A stretch of DNA of 64,000 nt from Candidatus Aminicenantes bacterium (GTDB lineage: Bacteria; Acidobacteriota; Aminicenantia; Aminicenantales; UBA8522), in the NCBI GenBank assembly GCA_017886205.1, contig JAFNEO010000053.1, forward strand, positions 64,126 through 128,125, read 5' to 3'. Numbering within the stretch: the stretch's first letter is position 1; every line of letters begins with the position of its first letter. Positions 29,804-39,720 of the stretch are shown here, in pieces. A model generated the notes under the pieces. That model ran no database searches. It worked only from the letters and a program-made list of their open reading frames with translations, and was not told the origin of the DNA. The translations under genes and the position numbers were made by a program.

Positions 29804-30559
29804 TTACTCCGTATCGCGGGCATAGTATCTCTTCTTCAGCACATCCCGCTTCGCACTCATCAGCTCTTTGTATTCCTTGTCGTATTTTTTCTGCTGGATT
29901 TCTTTCAACCTGGCCTCGAGCTCGGGGCTCTTGGGGGCCAGATAGCGTCCGTAGAGCCTTCGGCCAAGTATTCCGACGTTGTAATGGACGATCTCGGCCG
30001 GACAGCGGATGGCGCAAAGCCCGCAGCTCAGGCAGTCGAAGGAGAGGTCCATGACCTTTTCGATGTCACCCCGGATGGCCGCTTGGATGTAGTCCATGAC
30101 CTCAAGGCTCTGGGGACAGGCTTTGGTGCAGGTGTTGCAGGCCACGCAGCGGAAAATCTCCGGGTAGAGGACCTGGAAGGCGGCAACGTTGGGCTCAAGC
30201 TTCTTGATGTCATAGACCGGCTTTTGGGCGGGAATGACGGGCAGCTGGGACAGCCACATCCCCTCCTGGACGAGGGTCGTGCAGGCCAGACCGGTATAGA
30301 TCTTGTAATCGCCGGGCAAGCGGTAGACCGTCGCGCAGGCGCCGCAAAACCCCTCCCGGCAGCCCGCCCCGCGCTTGATCTGGTAGCCGGCGTATTCGAT
30401 GGCGCCCATGATCGTCGCATCGGCGGGGACGCGGTGGGCCTTGCCCATGATATAGACCATGACCATCTCTTTGGGGGGCTCCTGGGGCTTGGTCTTGACC
30501 GGCCGAGGCTTAGCCGGTGCCGCCTTCTTCTTGGCGGGTGCTTTTTTGTTGGCCATCAT
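29804..30559 (-). CDS. SdhB/FrdB-like iron-sulfur subunit ([2Fe-2S] plus two Cys clusters) with a Lys/Pro-rich N-terminal tail
   Basis: CREGFCGACA plant-type [2Fe-2S] motif, CVACNTCTKACP and CLSCGLCAIRCP. ATGATG start with a GGAGAAGGAGA RBS. N-terminal tail ANKKAPAKKKAAPAKPRPVKTKPQEPPKE. Confidence 0.7.
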   Translation of the reverse strand: MMANKKAPAKKKAAPAKPRPVKTKPQEPPKEMVMVYIMGKAHRVPADATIMGAIEYAGYQIKRGAGCREGFCGACATVYRLPGDYKIYTGLACTTLVQEGMWLSQLPVIPAQKPVYDIKKLEPNVAAFQVLYPEIFRCVACNTCTKACPQSLEVMDYIQAAIRGDIEKVMDLSFDCLSCGLCAIRCPAEIVHYNVGILGRRLYGRYLAPKSPELEARLKEIQQKKYDKEYKELMSAKRDVLKKRYYARDTE

Positions 30560-30590
30560 CTCATCTCCTTCTCCATGGTACCGTCTTCTC

Positions 30591-31415
30591 TCAATACTCT
30601 TGCGGGAGTTTCTTGAGGTCCGCCCAGGAATACACGGGGCCGTCCTTGCAGACATAGTGGAAACCGATGTTGCAGCGGCCGCATTTCCCGATCCCGCACT
30701 TCATCTTGTTTTCGACGGTGGTGTAGATTTGTTCGTCCTCGAACTTGAGGTCTTTAAGATTCTTGATGACGAATTTGATCATGATCGGCGGTCCGCAGGT
30801 AATGGCGATCGTGTTGGCGGGGGAGGGCTTCTTTTCCAGGACGTTGGTCGGCACGAACCCGACGAACTCCTTCCAGTCCGGCTCGGCCACGTCGATCGAC
30901 AGGTGAACCGGCATCTGACCCTTCAGGTCCGCGAGCTCGTCTTTGAAGACGATGTCCTTGGACGTTCGGGCTCCATAGATCAGGCTGAGAGCTCCGAATT
31001 CGCTTTTCCGGAGGAGCGCCGTCTGGACGACCGACCAGAGCGGCGCGAGCCCGATCCCGCCGCCGATGAAGACCAGGTTTTTGCCTTGCCATGCATCCAT
31101 CGGGAACCCGTTGCCGTAGGGGCCTCTGACCCCGATGAGGTCGCCGACCTCCATATCGTGCAGGGCGGCTGTGACCCGGCCCGTCCGGAGGATGCTGAAC
31201 TGCAGATAGTCCTTGATGAGCGGGGAAGAGGAGATCGAGATCATCGCTTCCCCTTTGCCGAAGACCGAGAGCATGGCGCACTGCCCGCAGCGGTAGTCGA
31301 AGCGGGCGCCGTTCGCGAACTCGGTGCGGAAGGTCTTGATCGCCCGGGCGCCGACGACCTCATCCTTGGTCTGAACGATCTTGGCCAGCTGAGGAGTATA
31401 AACATTAAGCTCCAT
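30591..31415 (-). CDS. FAD/NAD(P)-binding oxidoreductase with a C-terminal [2Fe-2S] (PyrK/AsrB/FlxA-like)
   Basis: FNR-like fold with a C-terminal CGIGKCGRCNIGFHYVC cluster motif. AAGGTGAG RBS. Confidence 0.7.
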   Translation of the reverse strand: MELNVYTPQLAKIVQTKDEVVGARAIKTFRTEFANGARFDYRCGQCAMLSVFGKGEAMISISSSPLIKDYLQFSILRTGRVTAALHDMEVGDLIGVRGPYGNGFPMDAWQGKNLVFIGGGIGLAPLWSVVQTALLRKSEFGALSLIYGARTSKDIVFKDELADLKGQMPVHLSIDVAEPDWKEFVGFVPTNVLEKKPSPANTIAITCGPPIMIKFVIKNLKDLKFEDEQIYTTVENKMKCGIGKCGRCNIGFHYVCKDGPVYSWADLKKLPQEY

Positions 31416-32454
31416 GGTCTCTCACCTTGTCCAGGACTTTGATGATGTCGATCCCGACCGGACACAGCGTGATGCAGCGGCCGCAGCCGACACACATGAA
31501 CTTGTCATAGACCTGGATGAAATACTGGAATTTATGCAGCAAACGCTGGCGCAGCCGCGAGGCCTTGTCGGGCCGGGGGTTGTGACCAGAGGAATGCATG
31601 GTGAAATCAGGGAACTGGCAGGTGTCCCAGGTCCGGACTCTTTGACCCTTGAGTGGGGAGGGGGATTCGACCTCATCGCCGATATCAAAGCAATGACAGG
31701 ACGGACAAAGATAGGTGCAGATGCCGCAGCGGAGGCAGCTCATCGACTCCTCATCCCAGAGCGGCGAATCGAACATTCCTTTGAGCTTTTGGGCGATTGG
31801 CCGGGCGTCCTTGAGCTGGCGTCTGATCTTCTTTTCCGACTCGGCGTGGGCGGCTTTGACTTGTTTCTTGGCCTCAGGCTTCGGCTCCTCGAAGAGCGCC
31901 TTGGCGGCGGAGATGAGCTTCTCTCCTTTAGCGGTCATCGACTGGACGTAATACCGGTCGCCGAGGTCGGTCAACAGGAGGTCCAATCCCTCTTCGGAAT
32001 GCGGCGAACCTTCCACCGACGTGCAGAAGCAGTTTTCTGAGGGAGGGGTGGTGCAGGCGAACCCGACCAGAGTGGTCTGGTCCCTGCGTTTCCAGTAATA
32101 GACATCCTTGAATTCGCCTCCGAACACTTCGTCTAGCATCCAGGCGGCCCTGGCCTCGCAAGGCCGGGCTCCGATGATGACTGTGGGTTTGACCTCGGGC
32201 AGGACTTCTTTGATCTCCAGGGTTTCCCGGTTACCCGCCAGAGTCTTGGCGAACTCGAGGAAGACCTCCCGCTGGGGGAAAAGGATCTTTTTGGGGGGGA
32301 GGGTGGTCTGGAGGACATCGAGACTGACCTCTCCGCCGTCGGCCTCGAAATAGTTCCAGCGGCCCTCCTCATCTTTTCGGGGGATGTAGACCCTCCAGGA
32401 GTCCAGCTTCTTGACCCATTGGGGAAAGGACTTTTTGGCGAGTATCTTTTCCAT
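31405..32454 (-). CDS. 4Fe-4S dicluster protein (AsrA/HydB/FlxB-like)
   Basis: CLRCGICTYLCPSC and CVGCGRCITLCP motifs. Size and architecture match anaerobic sulfite reductase subunit A-like proteins. Confidence 0.6.
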   Translation of the reverse strand: MEKILAKKSFPQWVKKLDSWRVYIPRKDEEGRWNYFEADGGEVSLDVLQTTLPPKKILFPQREVFLEFAKTLAGNRETLEIKEVLPEVKPTVIIGARPCEARAAWMLDEVFGGEFKDVYYWKRRDQTTLVGFACTTPPSENCFCTSVEGSPHSEEGLDLLLTDLGDRYYVQSMTAKGEKLISAAKALFEEPKPEAKKQVKAAHAESEKKIRRQLKDARPIAQKLKGMFDSPLWDEESMSCLRCGICTYLCPSCHCFDIGDEVESPSPLKGQRVRTWDTCQFPDFTMHSSGHNPRPDKASRLRQRLLHKFQYFIQVYDKFMCVGCGRCITLCPVGIDIIKVLDKVRDHGA

Positions 32455-32458
32455 CGTC

Positions 32459-33490
32459 TTACCTGATGAAATCTTGAGGATCTTCGTCCCGGAAACAGGA
32501 GATGAGGGCCGGAAGGGCGGGGTCGAACCCGACCTCGTAGCCGAAGAGCTCTTTGGCCTCCTTCTCCAGCTTCTTGTTCAGAAACCGCAGGGGGATGTCG
32601 AGCGGGCAGGCCCTTTCGCATTCGCCGCAGTCGATGCAGCGGCCGGCGAGGTGGATGGCCCGGACGAGGTGGTAGACCAGGTTCTCGGAGGACTCCGCCG
32701 ACCTCTGGATCCAGTGGATCCGCTGGGCTTTCTCATCCGCCGTCGTATCGGCGGTCACGGCCAGGTTGATGCTGTCCACTACGCACTCATCGCAGTAGCA
32801 CATCGGGCAGGCCGAGCGGCAGGCGTAGCAGCGGATGCATCTGTCGAGCTGTTCTTTCCAGAAACTCGAGCGATCGGCGGCCGAGAGGGACTCGATCTTT
32901 TCCAGGGAGCCGAAGGGCTTGTCTAGAGGCCTCTTGGTTTTCTCACCGCTCAGGAGGTCATAGATCACCGGGAAATTGGCTTTGCACTCAAGGCATCTCT
33001 CGGCCAGGAGCTCTTCCGCGGCCATCTCGATCTTCCCGTCCTCGGTGGTGACGACGAAACGGTCCTGGGCGTCGACTTCAACCCTCTTAGCCTTTTTCCC
33101 CGCCAGCTTCTTGGCCAGCTTGGCATCATCGACAACGCCCATCTTTTCGCAGGACACGCCCAGGATGTAGACATCACTGCGGTCGATAAACTTTTCCTGC
33201 AGGAGGACGACGACGGCCCGGCTGTCGCATCCCTTGACCATGATTCCCACCGGCCGCTTGTCGGGCTGCTTCTGTCTCGCTTTCCGTCTCTTCTCATCGA
33301 CCAGGAAGCGGACGAGGTTGTGGACGCAGGTGGGGTCCCAGACGAGCTTGTCCACGTCCTCGGGTTTCTTGATGAAGAGGGGAGCGGCCAGCCAGCCATT
33401 GCTGCCGGCGCCGTAGCCGATGATGTATTTGACCTTGCCTTCGCGGAGCAGTTTTTTAGCTTCCTCTTTGAGGTCCTCGATCTTAGCCAT
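32459..33490 (-). CDS. 4Fe-4S dicluster protein (FlxC/HydB-like)
   Basis: Start re-set to the ATG at 33490 (MAKIEDLKEE...), overlapping the MvhD-like stop as TAATG. CIRCYACRSACP and CIDCGECERACP motifs. Confidence 0.55.
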   Translation of the reverse strand: MAKIEDLKEEAKKLLREGKVKYIIGYGAGSNGWLAAPLFIKKPEDVDKLVWDPTCVHNLVRFLVDEKRRKARQKQPDKRPVGIMVKGCDSRAVVVLLQEKFIDRSDVYILGVSCEKMGVVDDAKLAKKLAGKKAKRVEVDAQDRFVVTTEDGKIEMAAEELLAERCLECKANFPVIYDLLSGEKTKRPLDKPFGSLEKIESLSAADRSSFWKEQLDRCIRCYACRSACPMCYCDECVVDSINLAVTADTTADEKAQRIHWIQRSAESSENLVYHLVRAIHLAGRCIDCGECERACPLDIPLRFLNKKLEKEAKELFGYEVGFDPALPALISCFRDEDPQDFIR

Positions 33491-33912
33491 TAGGGATTTC
33501 TCCTCAGCTTGGTTTGAGGCCCGAGGGGTTTCAGTTCCTTGACGAAATCCTTGATGATTTGGGTGAACTTGGTCCCTTCGGCCGCCGAAACCCAGGACAT
33601 TTGGAACCTCTGAGTTTCGAGGCCGACGTATTCCAGGAGCTTTTTGACGAGGTTCAGCCGACGCCTGGCGTAATAATTCCCCTTGATATAGTGGCAGTCG
33701 CCCGGATGACAGCCGGAGACGAGAACCCCGTCGGCGCCCTTGTTGAAGGCCGAGAAAATGTAGAGCGGGGATACGCTGCCGGAGCACATGACTTGGATGG
33801 GGACAACGTTGGGAGGGTATTCCATCCGGGAAACGCCGGCCAGGTCGCTCCCGGCCGAGGAACACCATTTGCACAGAAAGGCGACGATCCGCGGTTCGTA
33901 ATCCTCCGCCAT
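33490..33912 (-). CDS. mvhD: methyl-viologen-reducing hydrogenase delta subunit-like protein (MvhD/FlxD)
   Basis: About 141 aa. Cys pattern CKWCSSAG...CSGSVSP...SGCHPGDCHY is typical of MvhD. The ATG at 33912 lies 2 nt after the hdrA stop. Confidence 0.8.
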   Translation of the reverse strand: MAEDYEPRIVAFLCKWCSSAGSDLAGVSRMEYPPNVVPIQVMCSGSVSPLYIFSAFNKGADGVLVSGCHPGDCHYIKGNYYARRRLNLVKKLLEYVGLETQRFQMSWVSAAEGTKFTQIIKDFVKELKPLGPQTKLRRNP

Positions 33913-33914
33913 GA

Positions 33915-35864
33915 TTAGCCTCCGAGACACGCGTTGATCATTTCGGCAACCTGCTGCTGAGTCAGGTTTTTGACCTGGATGGCCGAGCGCAGGCAGGTGG
34001 CCGTGCAGGTGCCGCAGCCCTCGCAGAGGACCTCGTTGACTTCGACCTTCCCGTCCTTCAGAGTAAGGGCATCATAGGGGCAGACGGCGACACACATCCC
34101 GCATCCCGTGCACAGGTTGCTGATAACCTTGGCTACGGTCGGCGAATGGAACAGCCTATCTTGAGAAAGGATGGCCACGGCCTTGGCCGCGGCGCCGCTG
34201 GCCTGGGCGACGGCTTCAGGTATATCTTTGGGGGCCTGGGCGGCTCCGGCTAAAAACATCCCCGCTGTCACGCTCTCGACCGGCCGCAACTTGGGATGGG
34301 CCTCGGCCAGAAAGCCGTCCTTGTCCAGGGCCAGCTTGAGCTTCTTGGCCAGTTCCTGGGCGCCCGTGGAAGGCCGCATGGCCTGAGCCAGGACGACCAT
34401 ATCGGCGGCGATCTCGATACTCCTGCCGGTTAGGGTGTCGACTCCCCAGACCATGATCTTGCCCTTTTCCTCGAAGACCTTGGAGACCTTGCCGCGGAGG
34501 TAGACGACCCCGTCCTCTTCCACTGCCCGCTGGACGAACTCCTCGTATCCCTTGCCGCCCGAGCGGATGTCGATGTAGAAGATGTAGGCCTGGCCGTCGT
34601 GGACATGGTGTTTGTAGAGCATGGCATGTTTGGCCGTGTACATGCAGCAGATCTTCGAACAGTAGGCGCAATGGTTCTCGGGGTCGCGCGACCCTGAGCA
34701 CTGGATGAAGACGACCTCTTTGGGCTCCTTGTGGTCGGACGGCCGCAGGATCTGACCCATGGTGGGGCCGGAGGCCGAGCATAGTCGCTCGAACTGGAGA
34801 CCGTCGAGGACGTCGGCGTACTTGCCGAACCCGTACTCGGCCATGTTCTCCTTGTCGTAGAGGTCATAGCCGGTGGCCACGATTATGACGCCCACTTCCG
34901 CTTCGATGATCTCAGGCTTCTGGTCGAAGTCGATGGCTTTTGGGTTGCAGACGTCGGCGCACTTGCCGCAGGCGATGGTCGTGAACGGGTCGGGACAGTT
35001 CTTGTCGTCGAGTGTGTAGGATGCCGGGATGGCCTGAGGGAAGGGGATATAGATCGCCCGCCGTCCGGTCAAACCGAGGTCGAACTCGTTGGGCACAACG
35101 ATCGGGCAGACCTTGGTGCATTCATCGCAGAGGGTGCATTTTGCCGGGTCGACATAGGTGGGCTTCTTCAGGATCTTGACCTTGAAGTTGCCGACGTAAC
35201 CGCTGACGTCCTGGACTTCACTGTATGTCATCAGCTTGATCTTGGGGTGCTTGGAAACCTCCACCATCTTTGGCGTCAGGATACATTGCGAGCAGTCCAG
35301 GGTGGGGAAAGTTTCCGACAGCTGGATCATGTGGCCCCCGACAGAGGGGTTCCTCTCTACCAATATCACTTCGAACCCGGTGTTGGCGATGTCGAGCGCG
35401 GCCTGGAGCCCGGATATACCGCCTCCGACGACGAGGGCCCGCCGGGTCACCGGTACGCTCAGAGCGTCCAAGGACTCGTTCTGGCGGACTTTCTCCACTG
35501 CGGACCGCGCAATCTTGGTCGCTTTTTGCGTGGCCTTAGGCTTGTCCTTATGGACCCAGCTGCACTGCTCGCGGATGTTGGCGATTTCGCAGCGGAAGCT
35601 GTTGAGACCGGCGCGCTTGGCGGCATTACGGAAGGTCGTCTCGTGGAGGTTGGGCGAGCAGCAGGCGACAACGACGCCGTCCAGCTTTTTCTCCCTGATG
35701 GCCTGCTCGATCAGGTTTTGACCCGGATCGGAGCACATATAGACATAGTCCTCGGCGTGAACCACACTGGGGTGCTTGGCTAGCTCCTCGGCGACTTTCT
35801 TGACGTCCACCGTGCCGGCAATGTTGATGCCGCAGTGGCAGATAAAGACTCCAGTCCGTTTCAT
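33915..35864 (-). CDS. hdrA: heterodisulfide reductase subunit A (FAD, multi-FeS)
   Basis: N-terminal VFICHCGINIAG, GGGISG FAD motif, an internal four-Cys insertion and a C-terminal 2x[4Fe-4S] ferredoxin domain. 649 aa. ATGA overlap with the upstream kor gamma gene. Confidence 0.9.
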   Translation of the reverse strand: MKRTGVFICHCGINIAGTVDVKKVAEELAKHPSVVHAEDYVYMCSDPGQNLIEQAIREKKLDGVVVACCSPNLHETTFRNAAKRAGLNSFRCEIANIREQCSWVHKDKPKATQKATKIARSAVEKVRQNESLDALSVPVTRRALVVGGGISGLQAALDIANTGFEVILVERNPSVGGHMIQLSETFPTLDCSQCILTPKMVEVSKHPKIKLMTYSEVQDVSGYVGNFKVKILKKPTYVDPAKCTLCDECTKVCPIVVPNEFDLGLTGRRAIYIPFPQAIPASYTLDDKNCPDPFTTIACGKCADVCNPKAIDFDQKPEIIEAEVGVIIVATGYDLYDKENMAEYGFGKYADVLDGLQFERLCSASGPTMGQILRPSDHKEPKEVVFIQCSGSRDPENHCAYCSKICCMYTAKHAMLYKHHVHDGQAYIFYIDIRSGGKGYEEFVQRAVEEDGVVYLRGKVSKVFEEKGKIMVWGVDTLTGRSIEIAADMVVLAQAMRPSTGAQELAKKLKLALDKDGFLAEAHPKLRPVESVTAGMFLAGAAQAPKDIPEAVAQASGAAAKAVAILSQDRLFHSPTVAKVISNLCTGCGMCVAVCPYDALTLKDGKVEVNEVLCEGCGTCTATCLRSAIQVKNLTQQQVAEMINACLGG

Positions 35865-36493
35865 TGTTTTGCCTTTCGCGGCGGATTTTTCTTGATATCA
35901 GGCAGCGGCTGATTTTTCAGGGGCTTCAGCTCTTTTTGGGGCTTTTCTTTTTCTTTGGCCAAGAGCTCGACCCCGTAGTCATAGCCTTTCTCGAACGCTC
36001 GGATGTTGAGCTCTAAGAATCTCTTGGGGACCAGGCCGGGCAGAGCTTTTTTCATGGCCTCGGGGGAGACCACCCGGCTGATGCCGGTGAAAAACCCGAG
36101 CATGACCAGGTTGGCGAAGATGCGGTTCCCCATCTCCTCGGCGAACCGGGTTGAGGGGACGCCGTAGGATTTGATCTGGCCGCGCGCCGGCTTCAGCCGA
36201 ACTAGGTCCGTATCATAAATCAGGATCCCGTCCGCACGGAGATCCGGCTCGTATTTCTCGTAGGCGTCCTGGGACATGGAGACGAGGATTTCCGGACGCG
36301 TGATGTACGGATAGAGGACGCGGTCTTCTGAGATCACGACCTGGGAGCTGCAGGCGCTTCCGCGGGCTTCCGGGCCGAAGCTCTGGGTCATGGTCCCGAA
36401 TTTATTATCAAAGAGCGAAACGGCCTTGCCGGTGATCAAACCGCAGCGGATGATCCCCTGGCCGCCATAGCCGGAAAAACGGATCTCGTTCAT
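35861..36493 (-). CDS. korC: 2-oxoacid:ferredoxin oxidoreductase gamma subunit
   Basis: GYGGQGI motif typical of POR/KOR/VOR gamma subunits. ATGA overlap with the beta subunit. Confidence 0.8.
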   Translation of the reverse strand: MNEIRFSGYGGQGIIRCGLITGKAVSLFDNKFGTMTQSFGPEARGSACSSQVVISEDRVLYPYITRPEILVSMSQDAYEKYEPDLRADGILIYDTDLVRLKPARGQIKSYGVPSTRFAEEMGNRIFANLVMLGFFTGISRVVSPEAMKKALPGLVPKRFLELNIRAFEKGYDYGVELLAKEKEKPQKELKPLKNQPLPDIKKNPPRKAKQ

Positions 36494-37359
36494 GGTTTCA
36501 CTCCATAGGGCACGTATTTATCGCCCAGGGTCTTCTGGAGATGAGTGTTCATGCATTCGAGGTAGGTAGGCTTGTCCCTGTCCACGAACTTGCCGACGAT
36601 GATCTTTCCCTGGAAATCGATGGGCACAGTGCGCGTGTCGGCACCGTGCCTCATCTCGGATTTGTCATAGTAATATTTGAGCAGGTTTAATCCGTCGCCC
36701 AGCCTGTTCCGTCGGGCGTAGAGAGTGACGCAGGGTGTGATGACCTCGATAAAGGAGAACCCTCTCTTGACCAGCGCCTCTTGGATGGACTTGGTGACCC
36801 GGCGGATATGGAGGGAGGTCCAACGGGCGACATAACTTGCGCCGCAGGCGTCGGCGAGGTAGGCCAGGTTGAATGGGTATTCAAAGTTCCCATAGGGCGC
36901 CGTCGAAAGGTTGGCCGTAAGCGGGGTCGTGGGTGCCACCTGACCTCCCGTCATGGCGTAATTGAAATTGTTGACGCAGATGACCAGGATGTCCATATTC
37001 CGGCGGGCGGCATGGATGAGATGGTTGCCGCCGATGCCGGCGATATCCCCGTCGCCGCTGAAGACGACCACCTTGAGCTCGGGGTTGGCCAGCTTGAGCC
37101 CTGTGGCAAAGGGAATGGCGCGGCCGTGGGTGCTGTGGAACGAATCGAACTTGACGTATCCGGCCACGCGTCCCGTGCATCCGATGCCGGAGACGACAGC
37201 GAGCTTGTTGAGGTCGAGCTCGCTCTTCTTCAGCGCCTCGACGAACGAGGTGACCACTGTCCCTATGCCGCAGCCGGGGCACCAGATGTGGGGGATGCGG
37301 TCCATCCGGAGGAAATCCTCCATCGGGTTTCTTTCTTCTGGGCGTTCCTCTTCTTTCAT
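36490..37359 (-). CDS. korB: 2-oxoacid:ferredoxin oxidoreductase beta subunit (TPP-binding)
   Basis: WCPGCG motif and the GDGD..IGGNH thiamine-diphosphate-binding region. Confidence 0.9.
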   Translation of the reverse strand: MKEEERPEERNPMEDFLRMDRIPHIWCPGCGIGTVVTSFVEALKKSELDLNKLAVVSGIGCTGRVAGYVKFDSFHSTHGRAIPFATGLKLANPELKVVVFSGDGDIAGIGGNHLIHAARRNMDILVICVNNFNYAMTGGQVAPTTPLTANLSTAPYGNFEYPFNLAYLADACGASYVARWTSLHIRRVTKSIQEALVKRGFSFIEVITPCVTLYARRNRLGDGLNLLKYYYDKSEMRHGADTRTVPIDFQGKIIVGKFVDRDKPTYLECMNTHLQKTLGDKYVPYGVKP

Positions 37360-38522
37360 CGGGCTGCCTCCTTGATGGCTTTCAGGATGTCGTCGGGATC
37401 GTGGACCCAGCCGCCGCAGTGGGGGACGCCGATGGCCGGGGCCCGGCCGAAGGCGCAGCGCTCGACCTCGCGCCGGATCTGTCCCAGGTTGATCTCGGGC
37501 ACAACAAAGGCCTTGACTTTCTTGGCCAGTTCTTTGATCCGGTCTTCGGGAAAAGGCCAGACCGTGACCAGCCGGAGGGTCCCCACTTTGATGCCGGCTT
37601 TGCGGGCCTCCTGGACGGCCTTGACCGAAACACGTGAAGTGATCCCGTAGGAGATGACCACAATCTCGGCGTTGTCGGTCTGGTCCTCCCGGTAGTCGAT
37701 GATTTTAGGAGCGTTCTTGGTGATTTTATCGACGAGATGGTGGACGCACCAGTCCTGGGCTTCGGCGTTTATCGCCGGGTAGCCGCGCTCATCATGAGTC
37801 AGGCCGGTCGTGTGGAAACGGTAGCCGTCGCCCGCCTTGACCATGAAAGGGACCAGGTCTTTGTCGGGCTTGTAGGGGAGGTATTTTTGTCTGGGTCCCA
37901 CGTACCATTTTCGCTCGACCACTTCGATCTGGTCGGCGGGCGGGATGACCACTTTTTCGTGCATGTGGCCCACACATTCGTCGGTCATGATGAAGACGGG
38001 AACCCGGTAGGTCTCCGCCAGATTAAAGGCTTTGATGGTCAGGTCGAAGCACTCCTGCGGTGAATCAGGGGAGAGGGCGATGATCTCATAGTCGCCATGC
38101 GAGCCGAATTTGACCTGCAACATGTCCGCCTGCCCGACCAGCGTCGGGAGCCCGGTGGACGGGCCGCCCCTCTGGACGTTGGCGATGACGAGCGGCGTCT
38201 CCATCATGGCCGCGAGGCCGATGTTCTCCATCATCAAGGAGAACCCCGGTCCGGAGGTGACCGTCATCGACTTTTGCCCGCCCCAGGAAGCACCGATCAG
38301 GGCCGTGATCGAGGCGATTTCGTCCTCCATCTGAATAAAGATTCCCCCGACGAAGGGGATGCGCTCGGCGAAGCGTTCGGCGGTCTCTGTAGAGGGCGTG
38401 ATCGGATATCCGGCGAAAAATCGGCAACCGGCCGCCAGACTGCCCTCGGCGATGGCGAAGTCGCCGTCGAGGTAGTGAGCTCCGGTCAGGACTCCTTTAG
38501 GGTCTGCTTTCAGTTTTCTCAC
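37356..38522 (-). CDS. korA: 2-oxoacid:ferredoxin oxidoreductase alpha subunit
   Basis: GYPITPS..E motif. GTG start at 38522 with a strong AAGAGGAGGAAG RBS; it overlaps the delta gene by 26 nt. Confidence 0.9.
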   Translation of the reverse strand: MRKLKADPKGVLTGAHYLDGDFAIAEGSLAAGCRFFAGYPITPSTETAERFAERIPFVGGIFIQMEDEIASITALIGASWGGQKSMTVTSGPGFSLMMENIGLAAMMETPLVIANVQRGGPSTGLPTLVGQADMLQVKFGSHGDYEIIALSPDSPQECFDLTIKAFNLAETYRVPVFIMTDECVGHMHEKVVIPPADQIEVVERKWYVGPRQKYLPYKPDKDLVPFMVKAGDGYRFHTTGLTHDERGYPAINAEAQDWCVHHLVDKITKNAPKIIDYREDQTDNAEIVVISYGITSRVSVKAVQEARKAGIKVGTLRLVTVWPFPEDRIKELAKKVKAFVVPEINLGQIRREVERCAFGRAPAIGVPHCGGWVHDPDDILKAIKEAAR

Positions 38523-38775
38523 CTTCTTCCTCCTCTTTTTTGAGAGTGACGAATATGGCGAATTCCGGGCAGATGGCTTCGCAGAGCTGGCAATAGATGC
38601 ACTCTTCCTCTTTTACGACCCGGGGCGCATGGTAGCCTTTTTTGTTGTACTCCTCGGAGAGCTCGAGGACGTCGCGGGGGCAGTACTCGACACAAAAGCC
38701 GCAGCCTTTGCATCTCTGCTTGTTGATGTGGATATCGCCCTTTTTTGCCTTGAGATTGCCGAAGTGGATGGTCAT
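38497..38775 (-). CDS. korD: 2-oxoacid:ferredoxin oxidoreductase delta subunit (2x[4Fe-4S] ferredoxin)
   Basis: [12 protein letters not shown] and [12 protein letters not shown] motifs. 92 aa. Confidence 0.8.
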   Translation of the reverse strand: MTIHFGNLKAKKGDIHINKQRCKGCGFCVEYCPRDVLELSEEYNKKGYHAPRVVKEEECIYCQLCEAICPEFAIFVTLKKEEEEGEKTESRP

Positions 38776-38782
38776 GGTTCCC

Positions 38783-39661
38783 TCAGATCAGTCCCTTCTG
38801 CCGCAGGAGCGGTTGGGGGTCGACATAGTGGAGATCAAGACGCAGGGACTCTTCTCCGCAGCCCATGGCGATGGCCAAGAGCTGGGTGAAATAGAGGATC
38901 GGGATCTTTTTGAACTCGGAGTACTTCTTGGCCGTTTCCTTCTGCCGGTGGTCGAGGTTGAAGGCGCAGAGCGGACAGCTGACGGAGACGACCTCCGCTC
39001 CCCGGCCGCGGGCCGAAGTCAGGATGCTGAATGTCCGGTCGGCGACGGTCTCCGGCTTGTCCACCGTCAGGTAGGCGCCGCAGCACTCCGTCTTATAGGG
39101 AAAGTCGACGGGGTTTGCCCCGAGGACGGCCATCAGGTCATCGAGGACGGTCGGGTTCTCCATGTCGTCGAGGCCGATCTCTTTGGGCCGGACAAGTAGG
39201 CAGCCGTAATAGCTGGCCACTTTAAGGTTGTGGAGAGGCTTTTTAACCTTCTTGCCGATCGCCTCGAACTTGACGTCCTCCCGGAGCAACTCCAGCAGGT
39301 GCCGGACTTTAACGTCTCCCCGGTAGGCGATCTTCTCCTCGTCCATGAACTTGTGGATCTTCTGCAGGCTGTCCGGGTCAGCCTTGATCCTTTCGTTGAC
39401 CCGTTTGAGGGTGTTGTAACACATCGCGCAGAGGGTCATGACCGAATCCGCCTGCTCTTCCTTCACCCGGATCAGGTTGCGGACTGAAGCCAGATGGTGC
39501 ATCAGGTCGTCGGTGGTCAGGGAGTAGACGGTCCCGCAGCAGTTCCAGCGCCGGAGCTCTTGGACGTCGACCCCGAGCTCGCGCAGCGCGCAGAGAGCGG
39601 AGTCCTCGAAGTTCTTGGCGTTGCTCTTCAGTGTACAACCCGGATAGTAGCTAACTTTCAT
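38783..39661 (-). CDS. hdrB: heterodisulfide reductase subunit B (two CCG domains)
   Basis: Two cysteine-rich CCG repeats (CxnCCGxmCxxC: YPGC...CCGTVYSL...CAMC and YYGC...CCGAY...CPLC). Confidence 0.9.
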   Translation of the reverse strand: MKVSYYPGCTLKSNAKNFEDSALCALRELGVDVQELRRWNCCGTVYSLTTDDLMHHLASVRNLIRVKEEQADSVMTLCAMCYNTLKRVNERIKADPDSLQKIHKFMDEEKIAYRGDVKVRHLLELLREDVKFEAIGKKVKKPLHNLKVASYYGCLLVRPKEIGLDDMENPTVLDDLMAVLGANPVDFPYKTECCGAYLTVDKPETVADRTFSILTSARGRGAEVVSVSCPLCAFNLDHRQKETAKKYSEFKKIPILYFTQLLAIAMGCGEESLRLDLHYVDPQPLLRQKGLI

Positions 39662-39720
39662 GGGGATTCATTCTCCGGATGAAGTCGGATGATCGTCGCA
39701 TTTGGTATGATCAACGAAAA

